A DNA stretch of 64,000 bases, from assembly GCA_020847075.1 (NCBI GenBank), contig JADLCS010000030.1, positions 25,105-89,104 on the forward strand, given 5' to 3'. The number at the start of each line of letters is the position of its first letter. Position 1 is the stretch's first letter. The translations under genes and the position numbers were made by a program. The notes beneath the pieces are model-generated. The model searched no databases. It was given only the letters and a program-made list of their open reading frames with translations, and was not told where the DNA came from. This document shows positions 56,057 through 64,000 of this stretch, one piece after another. Source of the DNA: Gammaproteobacteria bacterium (lineage in GTDB: Bacteria; Pseudomonadota; Gammaproteobacteria; SZUA-140).

Positions 56057-58318
56057 TTAAGTCGTACTTTGTACCGACGACGGCCCTTCATCCATTACGT
56101 CATTCCAATCAATATTCGCGTTCAAATACTTTTCGAAAGCCTCACGGCACTTCGCTTGAGGGCCAAACACTAAATTTCGTGTCCGCTTTTCCTCTTGTCC
56201 GACGGCCTTAAAAACGATTGATTTAGTCCTGCGTATCACAGTACGGCATTGTTTGACTTGCTCTCCAAGAACTTCATAAATCTTTTTTGCCCACAGTGAC
56301 TCTTCCATTGGTGAATACTCTTTATTGGTTTTCGAGTGGGCTTCATAGTCCTTATAAGCCTCGCGCTTTTCGATAATGAGCCCGTCTTCCTCCCAATCTG
56401 TTACCCCCGCATTGATGAATTCATGCCGACTACTGCCCATGCTCCCGCTTGCAAGGCACGTGTATAGCCACTTTTCGGGTCCTTTAAGACTCCGAATTTT
56501 CTGCTCGACTAATGCATTTGTCTTTGGGACGTTTCGTACGTTGTATCCAGAAAGGTCGTAATTCAACATATCATGTAAGAACGCTTCGATTCCTCCATTA
56601 TCGATCTCCTCATATAGCGCGTCGAAGTATTTAGTATCACCTTGGTGCTTACCTGAAACATCATATATTGCGAATCGTCTTTCATCTGGTCCAGCAGGAA
56701 CGACCCAGTCTTCATTGCTCGCCATTAGAACGCTGAGCATGTTGCGGCATTGAAATGAATCAAAACCTTTCGGTTCAACCATAAATACTGGCTCAGTGAT
56801 CAGAGCTTTAATTATGCTTTCATTCTGCTTATCTCCCGCGTAATAGGCTTCATCGGCGAAAATAAACACGCTATCTCTGAGATGTACGTTGAAGTTTCCC
56901 GTTAAGTGACGAGTATGAGATATATGTAAACCATGTTGGCCGAAAAACCTGCGGATAACATGACCTAAAGTGCCTTTTCCAACACCACGTTTTCCGCGCA
57001 GTACCAAAGCTACTTCGCCCTGCTCCCAGGGTTTTTGTACCAGTCTTGCAACCCATCCCAGAAGATAATTGAATGACTGCTCGTTACAACTACTCATAAC
57101 CTCTTTTAAGTGGTATCTAAGCAGATCCCAACTGCCTGCCTTTGGTTCAATAGCCAAACCTTTCCACAAATTTAATACTCCGGGTGGCGCTACCTTCCCC
57201 GGGCCAAAAATCACTCCTGAAGTGTATTCATGCCTTCTCGGGTGCCCAAACCAAGCATCAGCTTGATTTTTCATTATTGGTTCACCCTTCTTGCTCATAC
57301 CAACCGTTACCAGTTTGTTCTGATATAGCTTACGGAGATCCTCAAATTTATGCCGAATAAAATAATCTCGTTCCAATATCTCATCGTGTGCAGGGCTGAA
57401 TACCAAGGTTTTTCCATTCTCATTAACAACCATGTACTTGCGATTCATCTCGATTACGTACTCTGGGAGGGTCTCCTCCTGCCCCAGACATAGCCAATCA
57501 GATACCTTCTGTGTTATTTGCTGACCTATGATTTCTGAAATACGCGGCAAGCCGGTTATTGGCTCGCCTCTTCCTAATTTCATACGAGTATGCTTAACAC
57601 ATGCTACTCGGTCGGTAACTTCATCATCTCTCGCTGCCTCAGCTACTGCACTTATGAAGGCTTCAGCATCTTCATCTTTAAATCCAGATCGAAGAAGAGC
57701 ACCTGATAGTGCGAGTGCCGTTTCGTGACGTCTACCCTCTTTAGGCCAGTGGCGCGCTAGTGCTGTCGCCGCAGCTATCTTTCCCAATCTTGATAGGAGA
57801 TCATTCGGTTCTATTGAAACTGGTGAAATGTCCTCCTCCCACTCAATATACTCACCACTCGTATGAACTGAACCTGGGAAAACGGTCTGCGCGCCCGTAG
57901 AACGAAGTTCTAGGAGCATCTTTCCGTCAGGCTCAGCGTATTTTTTTGTCCCGATTTCGCAAATGTACAACCAGTGCGTCCGTGGGTTACTTCTACGTCC
58001 GAATACACTCGTTTGTGGCAGGAAAACTGGCGCGATCCGGGCGGCTTCGACCGTATCAAAATCGACATCAACCAATCCCCCAGACGGTTCGCCGAGCAGA
58101 ACCCCTATATTCAGGTCCTGCCTATCGAAATATATATCCGCCTGCCCCTCATTGATGCGCAGATCAGTCCATCTCTGGATTCGTGGTCCCTTTTCTTTAT
58201 GAGGTATCGGGATGGGCGACCAACCGCGACTGATATAGTTCAACGCGCGAGATAATGGCCTGATGCTGCCCAATGTATGTGGAACTATGCTCTCGATAAC
58301 AGCAGACATATTGTTCAC
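56057..58318 (-). CDS. Replication protein: N-terminal bifunctional primase-polymerase (Prim-Pol) + C-terminal SF3/D5-like helicase
   Basis: The N-terminus GWSPIPIPHKEKGP...NIGVLLGEPSGGLVDVDFD is Prim-Pol-like. Walker A VLRGKRGVGKGTLG with the downstream block VFIFADEA is typical of P4/D5-family (DUF5906-like) NTPases. 753 aa and intact. Confidence 0.8.
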   Translation of the reverse strand: MNNMSAVIESIVPHTLGSIRPLSRALNYISRGWSPIPIPHKEKGPRIQRWTDLRINEGQADIYFDRQDLNIGVLLGEPSGGLVDVDFDTVEAARIAPVFLPQTSVFGRRSNPRTHWLYICEIGTKKYAEPDGKMLLELRSTGAQTVFPGSVHTSGEYIEWEEDISPVSIEPNDLLSRLGKIAAATALARHWPKEGRRHETALALSGALLRSGFKDEDAEAFISAVAEAARDDEVTDRVACVKHTRMKLGRGEPITGLPRISEIIGQQITQKVSDWLCLGQEETLPEYVIEMNRKYMVVNENGKTLVFSPAHDEILERDYFIRHKFEDLRKLYQNKLVTVGMSKKGEPIMKNQADAWFGHPRRHEYTSGVIFGPGKVAPPGVLNLWKGLAIEPKAGSWDLLRYHLKEVMSSCNEQSFNYLLGWVARLVQKPWEQGEVALVLRGKRGVGKGTLGHVIRRFFGQHGLHISHTRHLTGNFNVHLRDSVFIFADEAYYAGDKQNESIIKALITEPVFMVEPKGFDSFQCRNMLSVLMASNEDWVVPAGPDERRFAIYDVSGKHQGDTKYFDALYEEIDNGGIEAFLHDMLNYDLSGYNVRNVPKTNALVEQKIRSLKGPEKWLYTCLASGSMGSSRHEFINAGVTDWEEDGLIIEKREAYKDYEAHSKTNKEYSPMEESLWAKKIYEVLGEQVKQCRTVIRRTKSIVFKAVGQEEKRTRNLVFGPQAKCREAFEKYLNANIDWNDVMDEGPSSVQSTT

Positions 58319-58324
58319 CCCGAC

Positions 58325-58531
58325 TCAGATGGCCCTTTCGGACAACTTAGCTACAAGCTCCCTGATATCCTCAACCCGCCATGCGGATGTCCGAGGGCCT
58401 AGCTTTACAGTTTTGGGGTAGATACCAGCTTTAACTCGCGCCCACCAAGTCGATCGTCCCACAGGGACAATCTGTAGGATCTGGGCAAGTCGAAGGAATC
58501 CTGTGTTAGGAATTGAATCGTGGTGTTGCAT
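58325..58531 (-). CDS. alpA: AlpA-family transcriptional regulator / excisionase-like HTH protein
   Basis: 68 aa. The block FLRLAQILQIVPVGRSTWWARVKAGIYPKTVKLGPRTSAWRVEDIRELV is the AlpA/MerR-like phage regulator signature. Confidence 0.88.
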   Translation of the reverse strand: MQHHDSIPNTGFLRLAQILQIVPVGRSTWWARVKAGIYPKTVKLGPRTSAWRVEDIRELVAKLSERAI

Positions 58532-58603
58532 TAACTTGTTCTCCTATCGTTGCTCTGAAAGAGCCTAGCAGGAACTGCCGTGGGGCTTTTTTTTATAATA
58601 CTC

Positions 58604-58638
58604 TGATAATTATGATATTATTATCAAATGATAATTAT
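58604..58638. promoter_or_regulatory. Operator-like repeats upstream of alpA
   Basis: TGATAATTAT occurs at 58604 and 58629 as a direct repeat with 25-nt spacing. An inverted ATTATCA lies between them at 58620-58626, in the AT-rich alpA upstream region. Confidence 0.45.
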
Positions 58639-58700
58639 TTGCATTTTAAGAGTATTGACGTTGAGTGTTCATTTGGAAATTGATGGCATGAGGCTATTCA

Positions 58701-58728
58701 CAAGCCGAACATATCCGAATTCGGCTTG
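58701..58728. other. Perfect 9-bp stem hairpin
   Basis: CAAGCCGAA-10 nt-TTCGGCTTG. Function unknown. Confidence 0.4.
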
Positions 58729-58739
58729 GGGCTGTTTGA

Positions 58740-58769
58740 TAGATCCAAGTAGATCTATTAGATTTCAAG
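58740..58769 (+). repeat. Three phased TAGAT(C/T) repeats
   Basis: TAGATCCAAG TAGATCTAT TAGATTTCAAG, with starts at 58740, 58750 and 58759. Confidence 0.5.
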
Positions 58770-58834
58770 CTTGAGGTGAGTGATATTAGCCCTTCACTTC
58801 ATATAGAAGCCTATGTGATGCAGGAACTTTAGTT

Positions 58835-58856
58835 CGACGGTATTATTGACGGTATT
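58835..58856 (+). repeat. GACGGTATT-type repeats (candidate recombinase arm sites), right end
   Basis: CGACGGTATT (58835-58844) and TGACGGTATT (58847-58856), about 55 nt inside attR. These match the left-end copies at 37409-37459. Confidence 0.6.
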
Positions 58857-58908
58857 AGTTCGATCTACACATTTTTATATATTAATTTATCATATAGTTA
58901 TATATTTA

Positions 58909-58930
58909 TTCGATCCTCCTCCGCCCACCA
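58909..58930 (+). repeat. attR core (partial tRNA-Ala 3' end)
   Basis: TTCGATCCTCCTCCGCCCACCA has 16 + 6 nt identical to 37274-37296, with a 1-nt deletion at the U70 position. G+C rises sharply immediately to the right. Confidence 0.85.
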
Positions 58931-58970
58931 TTCCGCAGTCCGGGCAAGTCCAGAGAAATCCGCGCAACCA

Positions 58971-58992
58971 CCCGCCCAGGCGCGGGGGTTTT
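58971..58992 (+). terminator. Putative intrinsic terminator, probably the ancestral tRNA-Ala terminator displaced by the island
   Basis: CCCGCC-CAG-GCGCGGGGG is an imperfect GC stem followed by TTTT, starting about 40 nt after attR. Confidence 0.35.
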
Positions 58993-59066
58993 ATCAGTCT
59001 TTCATTCCGGTCCTTCGACCGCCCGGAATCCCGCGCGCGCCGGACGGGGCACGTAGCCGGATATCA

Positions 59067-59711
59067 TCAGCCCCCCGCCGACAGCTCACGCGCCTCGATC
59101 CCCGCCTCCAATTGGAACAGCGGGTAATGCATCCAGCCGGTGATGATGTATTTGACCCCCGCGGTGACGACGTTGCCTCTATGGGCATGCGTCCAGTCCG
59201 CGGGCCAGATCAGGGTCTTGCCCCGCTCCGGCTTCACGTCCAGCCCATAATGGGGAAAACTCGTCCGCCCGCCCACTTCGACATCGTTCAGATACGTCAT
59301 CCACGCCAGAGCCCTGTGCATCGTCGACAGGGACGCGCGTTCGCTGTGGACCACGGCGAAATGCCCTCCCACGCCATACTTCTGGATGATGAACGGTCCG
59401 ATATCCACATCTTTCTGCACGTCATACAGAAATTTCCACTGGTCCAGGTAATCCAGATAGCATTGATGCAGTTCATGCAGATACTCCCGGAAGACGGCAT
59501 GCGTGGGCCGCCCCAGGTCATTGGGAAATATCACCAGGTCCGTCGAGTTTTTCTTGGAGCCGTTGATGCCATATTGCGTGGCGCCCGCCTCGTGCAGGAG
59601 CGGGTTGCGATCGAAATAGTCGATGATCCCGTCGCACAACCCCGGCTCCCTCATCAGCCAGCCGCCGATAAAATTCGGGGTTTTCTCGCAAACAAATGAA
59701 ATTTTTTTCAT
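59067..59711 (-). CDS. Putative 2OG-Fe(II) oxygenase family protein
   Basis: 214 aa. FAVVHSER followed by GGRTSFPHYG...GKTLIWPADWTHAHRGN fits the HxD/E...H jelly-roll oxygenase pattern of the small TIGR02466/2OG-FeII_Oxy_5-like proteins. Confidence 0.6.
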   Translation of the reverse strand: MKKISFVCEKTPNFIGGWLMREPGLCDGIIDYFDRNPLLHEAGATQYGINGSKKNSTDLVIFPNDLGRPTHAVFREYLHELHQCYLDYLDQWKFLYDVQKDVDIGPFIIQKYGVGGHFAVVHSERASLSTMHRALAWMTYLNDVEVGGRTSFPHYGLDVKPERGKTLIWPADWTHAHRGNVVTAGVKYIITGWMHYPLFQLEAGIEARELSAGG

Positions 59712-59936
59712 TCGACTCCTCTGTGGCGGTTCATCACGGCCCGAACGGATCTGGCCCGGGAATCACAAGGACACGACTGAACAAGGGGCGGCGGCCAGGC
59801 CGCGGTGGTGACAGCGGTAGTGAAAGGATCCGCGCGTTCTCGAGCCGGCCGCAAAAAGGATCTTTCCGGACCGTCGGGCATAGGTCGACTCCGGAGTCGC
59901 CGCCGCACGGGGATTTTCGCGGGACTCCGGGCCGGC

Positions 59937-60446
59937 TCAGACGGCTTTGGGGAGAGGATCGTTCTTGCCTCTCCCTTCCTGGACCGTCGAGAGGATCAGG
60001 ACTTTACCGGGAGAAAACCTGACGAAGCCCCGTGCCTTCAACATCATCTTCAAGCCGATGCCATGCCCCCCGAGCTCCTGGTGGGCCCGGGCGAGATTAC
60101 ACAGGGCGCTCGTGTAATCCGGCTTGATGGATAACGACTTGCCGAATGACTGGATCGCCTCGTCCAGCCTGCCCTGCTGCATGAGGGCAATCCCCAGATT
60201 ATTGTGCGCGGCGCAGTCGAACGGGTTTTTCTGGATCGAAGACCGGATCAATTCGACGGCGCGGCCGGACCGGCCCGTGTTCATGGCGATGACCCCCAGA
60301 CCGTGCAGGGCGACGAAATGATCGGGCTCGATCGTCAGGACCTGCTGATAGATCGCCTCCGCGTCCGCCAGCCTTCCGGACCGGAGAGACTCGTTCGCGC
60401 GCCTGACGGCGGCTTCAATATCGATGGATTGCGGGATCATGGTCAT
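59937..60446 (-). CDS. TPR-repeat protein
   Basis: At least three readable TPR units (ADAEAIYQQVLTIEPDHFVALHGLG..., AAHNNLGIALMQQGRLDEAIQSFGKSLSIKPDY...). Confidence 0.7.
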   Translation of the reverse strand: MTMIPQSIDIEAAVRRANESLRSGRLADAEAIYQQVLTIEPDHFVALHGLGVIAMNTGRSGRAVELIRSSIQKNPFDCAAHNNLGIALMQQGRLDEAIQSFGKSLSIKPDYTSALCNLARAHQELGGHGIGLKMMLKARGFVRFSPGKVLILSTVQEGRGKNDPLPKAV

Positions 60447-60840
60447 GAAGCAAGCATGCGGGAAACCCGGTCATATCGGAAAACAACCACGAAGGTTTCG
60501 TCAGTCGAATGGATGTATTCCGGAAAACACCGTGAGCATTGATCGAAATCATATCGTTACATTATGTAAACATTCGGAATCGAATGTGCATGCATGACGA
60601 AAATGAAATGATAGTGTGATCCGTGTCCGCTCTCGATACAGCGGCGGATCTTCCTGGCGGCACGGACACGATCGAGAACAGGAGTCCATTCGATGGGCGG
60701 CATCGACATGTCCGACGCCTGCCCCAGGCGGGCTTCCGGGTCGCGGGAATGCAGTGCCACGGACACCGCGAGGCCGGCCATCAGGATCTGTCTCGACATC
60801 TGCCGGAAGCCAAGAGAGAGACCCTTCCCATGAAATCATG

Positions 60841-60871
60841 GGTCGGCCCCGTGCAAGGTGCGGGGCCGACC
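60841..60871. other. Perfect 11-bp GC hairpin in an apparently non-coding stretch
   Basis: GGTCGGCCCCG-TGCAAGGTG-CGGGGCCGACC. No clean U-tract on either strand. Confidence 0.4.
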
Positions 60872-61215
60872 TTCATCACGTGGGGATGTCCGCTACGCGC
60901 GAATCGCTCCGCGTTTCCCATCAAACCGATGCGCGCATCACACGATCGCGCCTGACCGATGGCCCCGCGCCGCGCCTCCCGAATCCGTTCAGCTTCGGTT
61001 CAGCCCGCCTGGCCCACACTGATGGTGCGATGGGTCGTCGTGTGCGGCCGCCTTCATGGCCGGGCCGGTCCGCCGGGACAAGACTCTGGCGGAGCGGGAC
61101 AAATTCCGGACAAGGGGATGACACCGGCAGACAATCCACCGCCGTACCCGGCCCCTAGATTCAAGCACGTAGCAGGAGTAAAGGGGACACGCGCCACAGT
61201 CGACGGGAGGGCATC

Positions 61216-61437
61216 ATGGGAAACAGATCCAGACATGACTTCGTTTGCCTGAATGAGCGGGACCGATCGCTTCTCGAGGACGGGTACCTGGAGAATCTCC
61301 TCGATCCCGAGGGGCGCGAACATGCGCCGCTGCGGACTGCCAACGCGCGTAAATCGCTCGAACACCATCTGGAACGGCAGCGGCTGAAACAGCACATCGC
61401 CGACCTGGATATTCTCGGGGGATACGACGAGCACTGA
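61216..61437 (+). CDS. Small conserved-looking hypothetical protein (73 aa)
   Basis: SD GGGAGGG lies 5 nt upstream. The charged helical C-terminus (RKSLEHHLERQRLKQHIADLD) resembles small envelope-stress-associated proteins that I cannot name with confidence. Confidence 0.4.
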   Translation: MGNRSRHDFVCLNERDRSLLEDGYLENLLDPEGREHAPLRTANARKSLEHHLERQRLKQHIADLDILGGYDEH

Positions 61438-61541
61438 ACGCCGCTTTAATATATCCACAGTTGCCGCGCGCCGGGAGGGAATGCCAGCGCGCGGGGGTGG
61501 GCGAACCACCGGCCCGCGGGGGATCCGCGGGCCGGCCCGAG

Positions 61542-62231
61542 TCAGTCCCCCCGCTCGCCGATGCCGCGATAGATCGCCGCGCCCAGCAGCGCGCCGACGA
61601 TCGGCGCCAGCCAGAACAGCCAGAGCTGCGACACCGCCCAGTCGCCGACGTAGAGGGCGACGCCGGTGCTGCGTGCCGGGTTCACCGAGGTATTCGTGAC
61701 CGGGATGCTGATCAGATGGATCAGCGTGAGGGTGAAGCCGATGGCCAGCGGGGCGAAGCCCTGTGGCGCGCGCTTGGAGGTCGAACCCAGGATGACCAGC
61801 AGGAACATCGCGGTCATCACCACCTCGCACACCAGCGCGGACGCCAGCGAATACTTCCCGGGCGAGTGCTCCCCGTAACCGTTGGAAGCGAAGCCGGCCG
61901 AGACGTCGAAACCGGCCTGGCCGCTCGCGATGATGTACAGCACCCCGCCGGCCGCGATCCCGCCCAGCACCTGCGCGATGATATAGGGCGCGAGCTGCGC
62001 CGCGGGGAAGCGTCCGCCCGCCCACAGACCGACCGATACGGCGGGATTGAGATGACAGCCCGAGATATGGCCGATGGCATAGGCCATGGTGACGACCGTC
62101 AGGCCGAAGGCCAGTGCCACGCCGAGCAGGCCGATGCCCACATTCGGAAACGCCGCCGCCAGTACCGCGCTGCCACAGCCGCCCAACACCAGCCAGAAGG
62201 TACCGAAGAACTCCGCGCCGTACTGCTTCAT
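61542..62231 (-). CDS. aqpZ: Aquaporin Z
   Basis: [24 protein letters not shown]... with both NPA boxes (HLNPAVS and VNPARST). 229 aa. Confidence 0.95.
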   Translation of the reverse strand: MKQYGAEFFGTFWLVLGGCGSAVLAAAFPNVGIGLLGVALAFGLTVVTMAYAIGHISGCHLNPAVSVGLWAGGRFPAAQLAPYIIAQVLGGIAAGGVLYIIASGQAGFDVSAGFASNGYGEHSPGKYSLASALVCEVVMTAMFLLVILGSTSKRAPQGFAPLAIGFTLTLIHLISIPVTNTSVNPARSTGVALYVGDWAVSQLWLFWLAPIVGALLGAAIYRGIGERGD

Positions 62232-62314
62232 CGTTTTTTCTCCTTGGAAAGAGGCTCGAATATCCCGGGTGCCCGCGGCCGGGTCGCCTCATCCGCCCGG
62301 CCCGCCGAAGAGTA

Positions 62315-63223
62315 TCAGAAATTCTCCGCCCGGTATTCCACGCTCAGCGTATGGTTGTCGCCGGGGGCGATCGTCACCCGGTTGTCCGCCGCGTTGGCGC
62401 TCTCCACGCACACCATGGCGCGCCATCCCTCCGGGCCGAAGTCGCCCATCCTGTCGGCCTTCTCGGTCCACGGCGTCCACACCACGGTCGAGCGGCTGCC
62501 CGTCTTCGCGATGTGGATGCGCCGGCGCAGGCGGTCGTCCTCGATGACGCACGCGGCCTTCGTGTCCACATAGATGCGATCGGTCTCGCCGGCGAAGCCG
62601 ATGGCGCCGTCCTGCCGCTTGCGCGCCCCGCCGTCCACCTTGTCGAGGTATTCGCAGCCCTCGAGGCCGCGCACGCGCGCCTGCGCGATGTCTCCGATGC
62701 GGAAATAGGTATGCAGGGCCTCGCCGATGACGACCTCCGCGTCATCCTCGTTCACGGTGGTCAGCTCGGCCCTGAACGTCTCCCCGATCACGAGCCGCAG
62801 CCCAGCGCGGACACGCCGGGGCCACATCCCACGCGCCGACGCGGTCATCACGAGCTCCAGGGCGAGTTCGACCGCGCCATCGCCCAGCACGCCCGCCGCC
62901 GCCACCCGCCACGGCACGGTGCGCGCGAAGCCGTGCGCCGGCAGCGCGCCGTCCGTCGCATGCGGCCCGAACCATGGCCAGCACACCGGCACCCCGCCGC
63001 GCAGGGACTTGCCGGGTGTGGGTTTCGCCAGGCCGGACAGCCACAGCACGGGCTCCGCCTGCGTCTTCGGACGCCACGTCATCACATGCGCGCCCTGCAG
63101 ACAGAGCGCGGCCGAGGCCTGAGGGGTGTCGATCGCGGCCACCACCAGCCCGTCCGCGGTCTCCCCGAACGTGAGCTGGGGGCCGGGGGAAAAACGTCGA
63201 TTGAGATCTTCGGAAATCGTCAT
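62315..63223 (-). CDS. D-hexose-6-phosphate mutarotase (aldose 1-epimerase family, YeaD-like)
   Basis: 302 aa. The blocks GGVPVCWPWFGPH, HGFAR, and later HTYF and ETDRIY are characteristic of glucose-6-phosphate 1-epimerases. Confidence 0.8.
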   Translation of the reverse strand: MTISEDLNRRFSPGPQLTFGETADGLVVAAIDTPQASAALCLQGAHVMTWRPKTQAEPVLWLSGLAKPTPGKSLRGGVPVCWPWFGPHATDGALPAHGFARTVPWRVAAAGVLGDGAVELALELVMTASARGMWPRRVRAGLRLVIGETFRAELTTVNEDDAEVVIGEALHTYFRIGDIAQARVRGLEGCEYLDKVDGGARKRQDGAIGFAGETDRIYVDTKAACVIEDDRLRRRIHIAKTGSRSTVVWTPWTEKADRMGDFGPEGWRAMVCVESANAADNRVTIAPGDNHTLSVEYRAENF

Positions 63224-63272
63224 GAACCGGGCTCCTGAATGTGTCGTACGCCACCCGCCCGGGCGGCGGATA

Positions 63273-63458
63273 CTAACGCGCCTCGCTCTTCTCCGCGCCG
63301 CAGCGGCTGCAACGGTATACGGTCACCAGCCGCCCCTGACGCACGTCGAACTGTTTCTCCTGCACGATGCGCCACTTGTGCAGGCCGTTTCCGCACAGGG
63401 TCCTGCCCTTGGCCTTCTGTTTCAGGTCCGGCTTCTTGAACGGAAGGATGTCGGCCAA
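63273..63458 (-). CDS. Small Cys-containing hypothetical protein (61 aa)
   Basis: MADILPFKKPDLKQKAKGRTLCGNGLHKW...VYRCSRCGAEK has a C..H...CxxC arrangement that suggests a zinc ribbon. Confidence 0.4.
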   Translation of the reverse strand: MADILPFKKPDLKQKAKGRTLCGNGLHKWRIVQEKQFDVRQGRLVTVYRCSRCGAEKSEAR

Positions 63459-63547
63459 GGGGGCGCCCCATACGGATGAATGGCGGCTATTGTAACGCGT
63501 TCGCCCCCGCGTGCTACATTGTCTCGCATGCCCACGAACAGGCCGCC

Positions 63548-63937
63548 ATGGAAAACGCGAACGATACGCTACGCATAGACAAGTGGTTGTGGGCGGCGCG
63601 CTTCTACAAGACGCGCGCGCTCGCGAGCGAGGCCGTCAGCGGCGGCAAGGTGCATGTCAACGATCAGCGCGCCAGGCCGTCGCGCCCCCTGCGCGTCGGC
63701 GACACCCTGCTGATCAATCGGGGCGAGGTCGAGTTCACGGTCGTCGTCGAGGCCCTGAGCGGACGCCGCGGGCCGGCGCTGGAGGCGCGCGCGCTGTACC
63801 GGGAGACGGAGGAAAGCCTCGCGCAGCGCGAACGGGCGGCGAGCGAGCGCAGACTCAGGCCCGGCCCCGCCCCCGCGCCGCAGGGGCGGCCGAACAAACG
63901 CGACAGGCGTTTGCTGCTCCGGATGCGGGGGAGATAG
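63548..63937 (+). CDS. hslR: Heat shock protein 15 (ribosome-associated S4-domain protein HslR)
   Basis: LRIDKWLWAARFYKTRALASEAVSGGKVHVNDQRARPSRPLRVGDTLLI is the S4 RNA-binding core of Hsp15, followed by a basic tail. The start was trimmed to MENAND (ATG at 63548). Confidence 0.85.
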   Translation: MENANDTLRIDKWLWAARFYKTRALASEAVSGGKVHVNDQRARPSRPLRVGDTLLINRGEVEFTVVVEALSGRRGPALEARALYRETEESLAQRERAASERRLRPGPAPAPQGRPNKRDRRLLLRMRGR

Positions 63938-64000
63938 ATTCAGATACAAAAGGAAAGCGACAAGACACACGGGGACGTGTCGACCTGAGGCCGACATTCA

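Noticed and set aside
58846-59127. 93-aa plus-strand ORF crossing attR.
   Set aside because: It spans the island/chromosome junction with two different compositions, has no SD and overlaps the end of the oxygenase gene on the other strand. It is spurious.
60557-60612. 13-bp palindrome TTACAT-T-ATGTAA and the nearby GAAAATGAAATGATAG, considered as Zur, Fur or TyrR-type boxes.
   Set aside because: The match to the Fur 19-mer is only about half of the positions, and it does not fit the Zur or TyrR consensus as I remember them. No adjacent metal-related gene is evident.
61054-62292. 412-aa minus-strand ORF spanning aqpZ and the region downstream of it.
   Set aside because: It is out of frame with the clear AqpZ reading frame (61542-62231, both NPA boxes). 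Its composition is Arg/Gly/Pro-rich, typical of a high-GC artefact.

Overview
High-GC proteobacterial chromosome segment; hand-counted 60-nt lines give about 38-42 G+C in the flanks. The window has three parts.

(1) 1-37.1 kb is an almost gap-free polar-flagellum regulon of the Pseudomonas/Vibrio type. Gene order is fliO-N-M-L-K-J-I-H-G-F-E, fleR-fleS-fleQ, a PilZ-like gene, a fliT-like gene, fliS, fliD, flaG, fliC, a TPR-GT41 glycosyltransferase, flgL-K-J-I-H-G-F-E-D-C-B, then divergent flgA, flgM and flgN. Readable sigma54 (TGGCAC-N5-TTGC) and sigma28 (TAAA-N15-GCCGATA) promoters sit in the expected gaps.

(2) tRNA-Ala(CGC) lies at 37221-37296. It is followed by a 21.6-kb low-GC, compositionally mosaic genomic island (37274-58930) bounded by a direct repeat of the tRNA 3' end.
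- Backbone: a P4-type integrase at the left end, and AlpA plus a Prim-Pol/SF3 helicase replication protein at the right end.
- Intact cargo: a Z1-helicase + oversized type III Mod + Res operon, a lipoprotein, an SRAP + Y-family polymerase pair, an orphan 721-aa SEC-C-tailed protein with a PD-(D/E)xK-like core, a divergent CsrA-like regulator, and several unknown ORFs.
- Decayed genes: a second recombinase fragment, an AraC tail, a second csrA-like copy, and radC with an in-frame TAA.

(3) 59-64 kb is high-GC housekeeping: a 2OG-Fe(II) oxygenase, a TPR protein, aqpZ, a hexose-6-phosphate mutarotase and hslR.

The best candidates for a previously undescribed system are the Z1-Mod-Res operon and the SEC-C/nuclease-like orphan, both in the island cargo. 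All functional calls rest on motif recognition by eye; no database search was possible. No CRISPR array or rRNA was seen.
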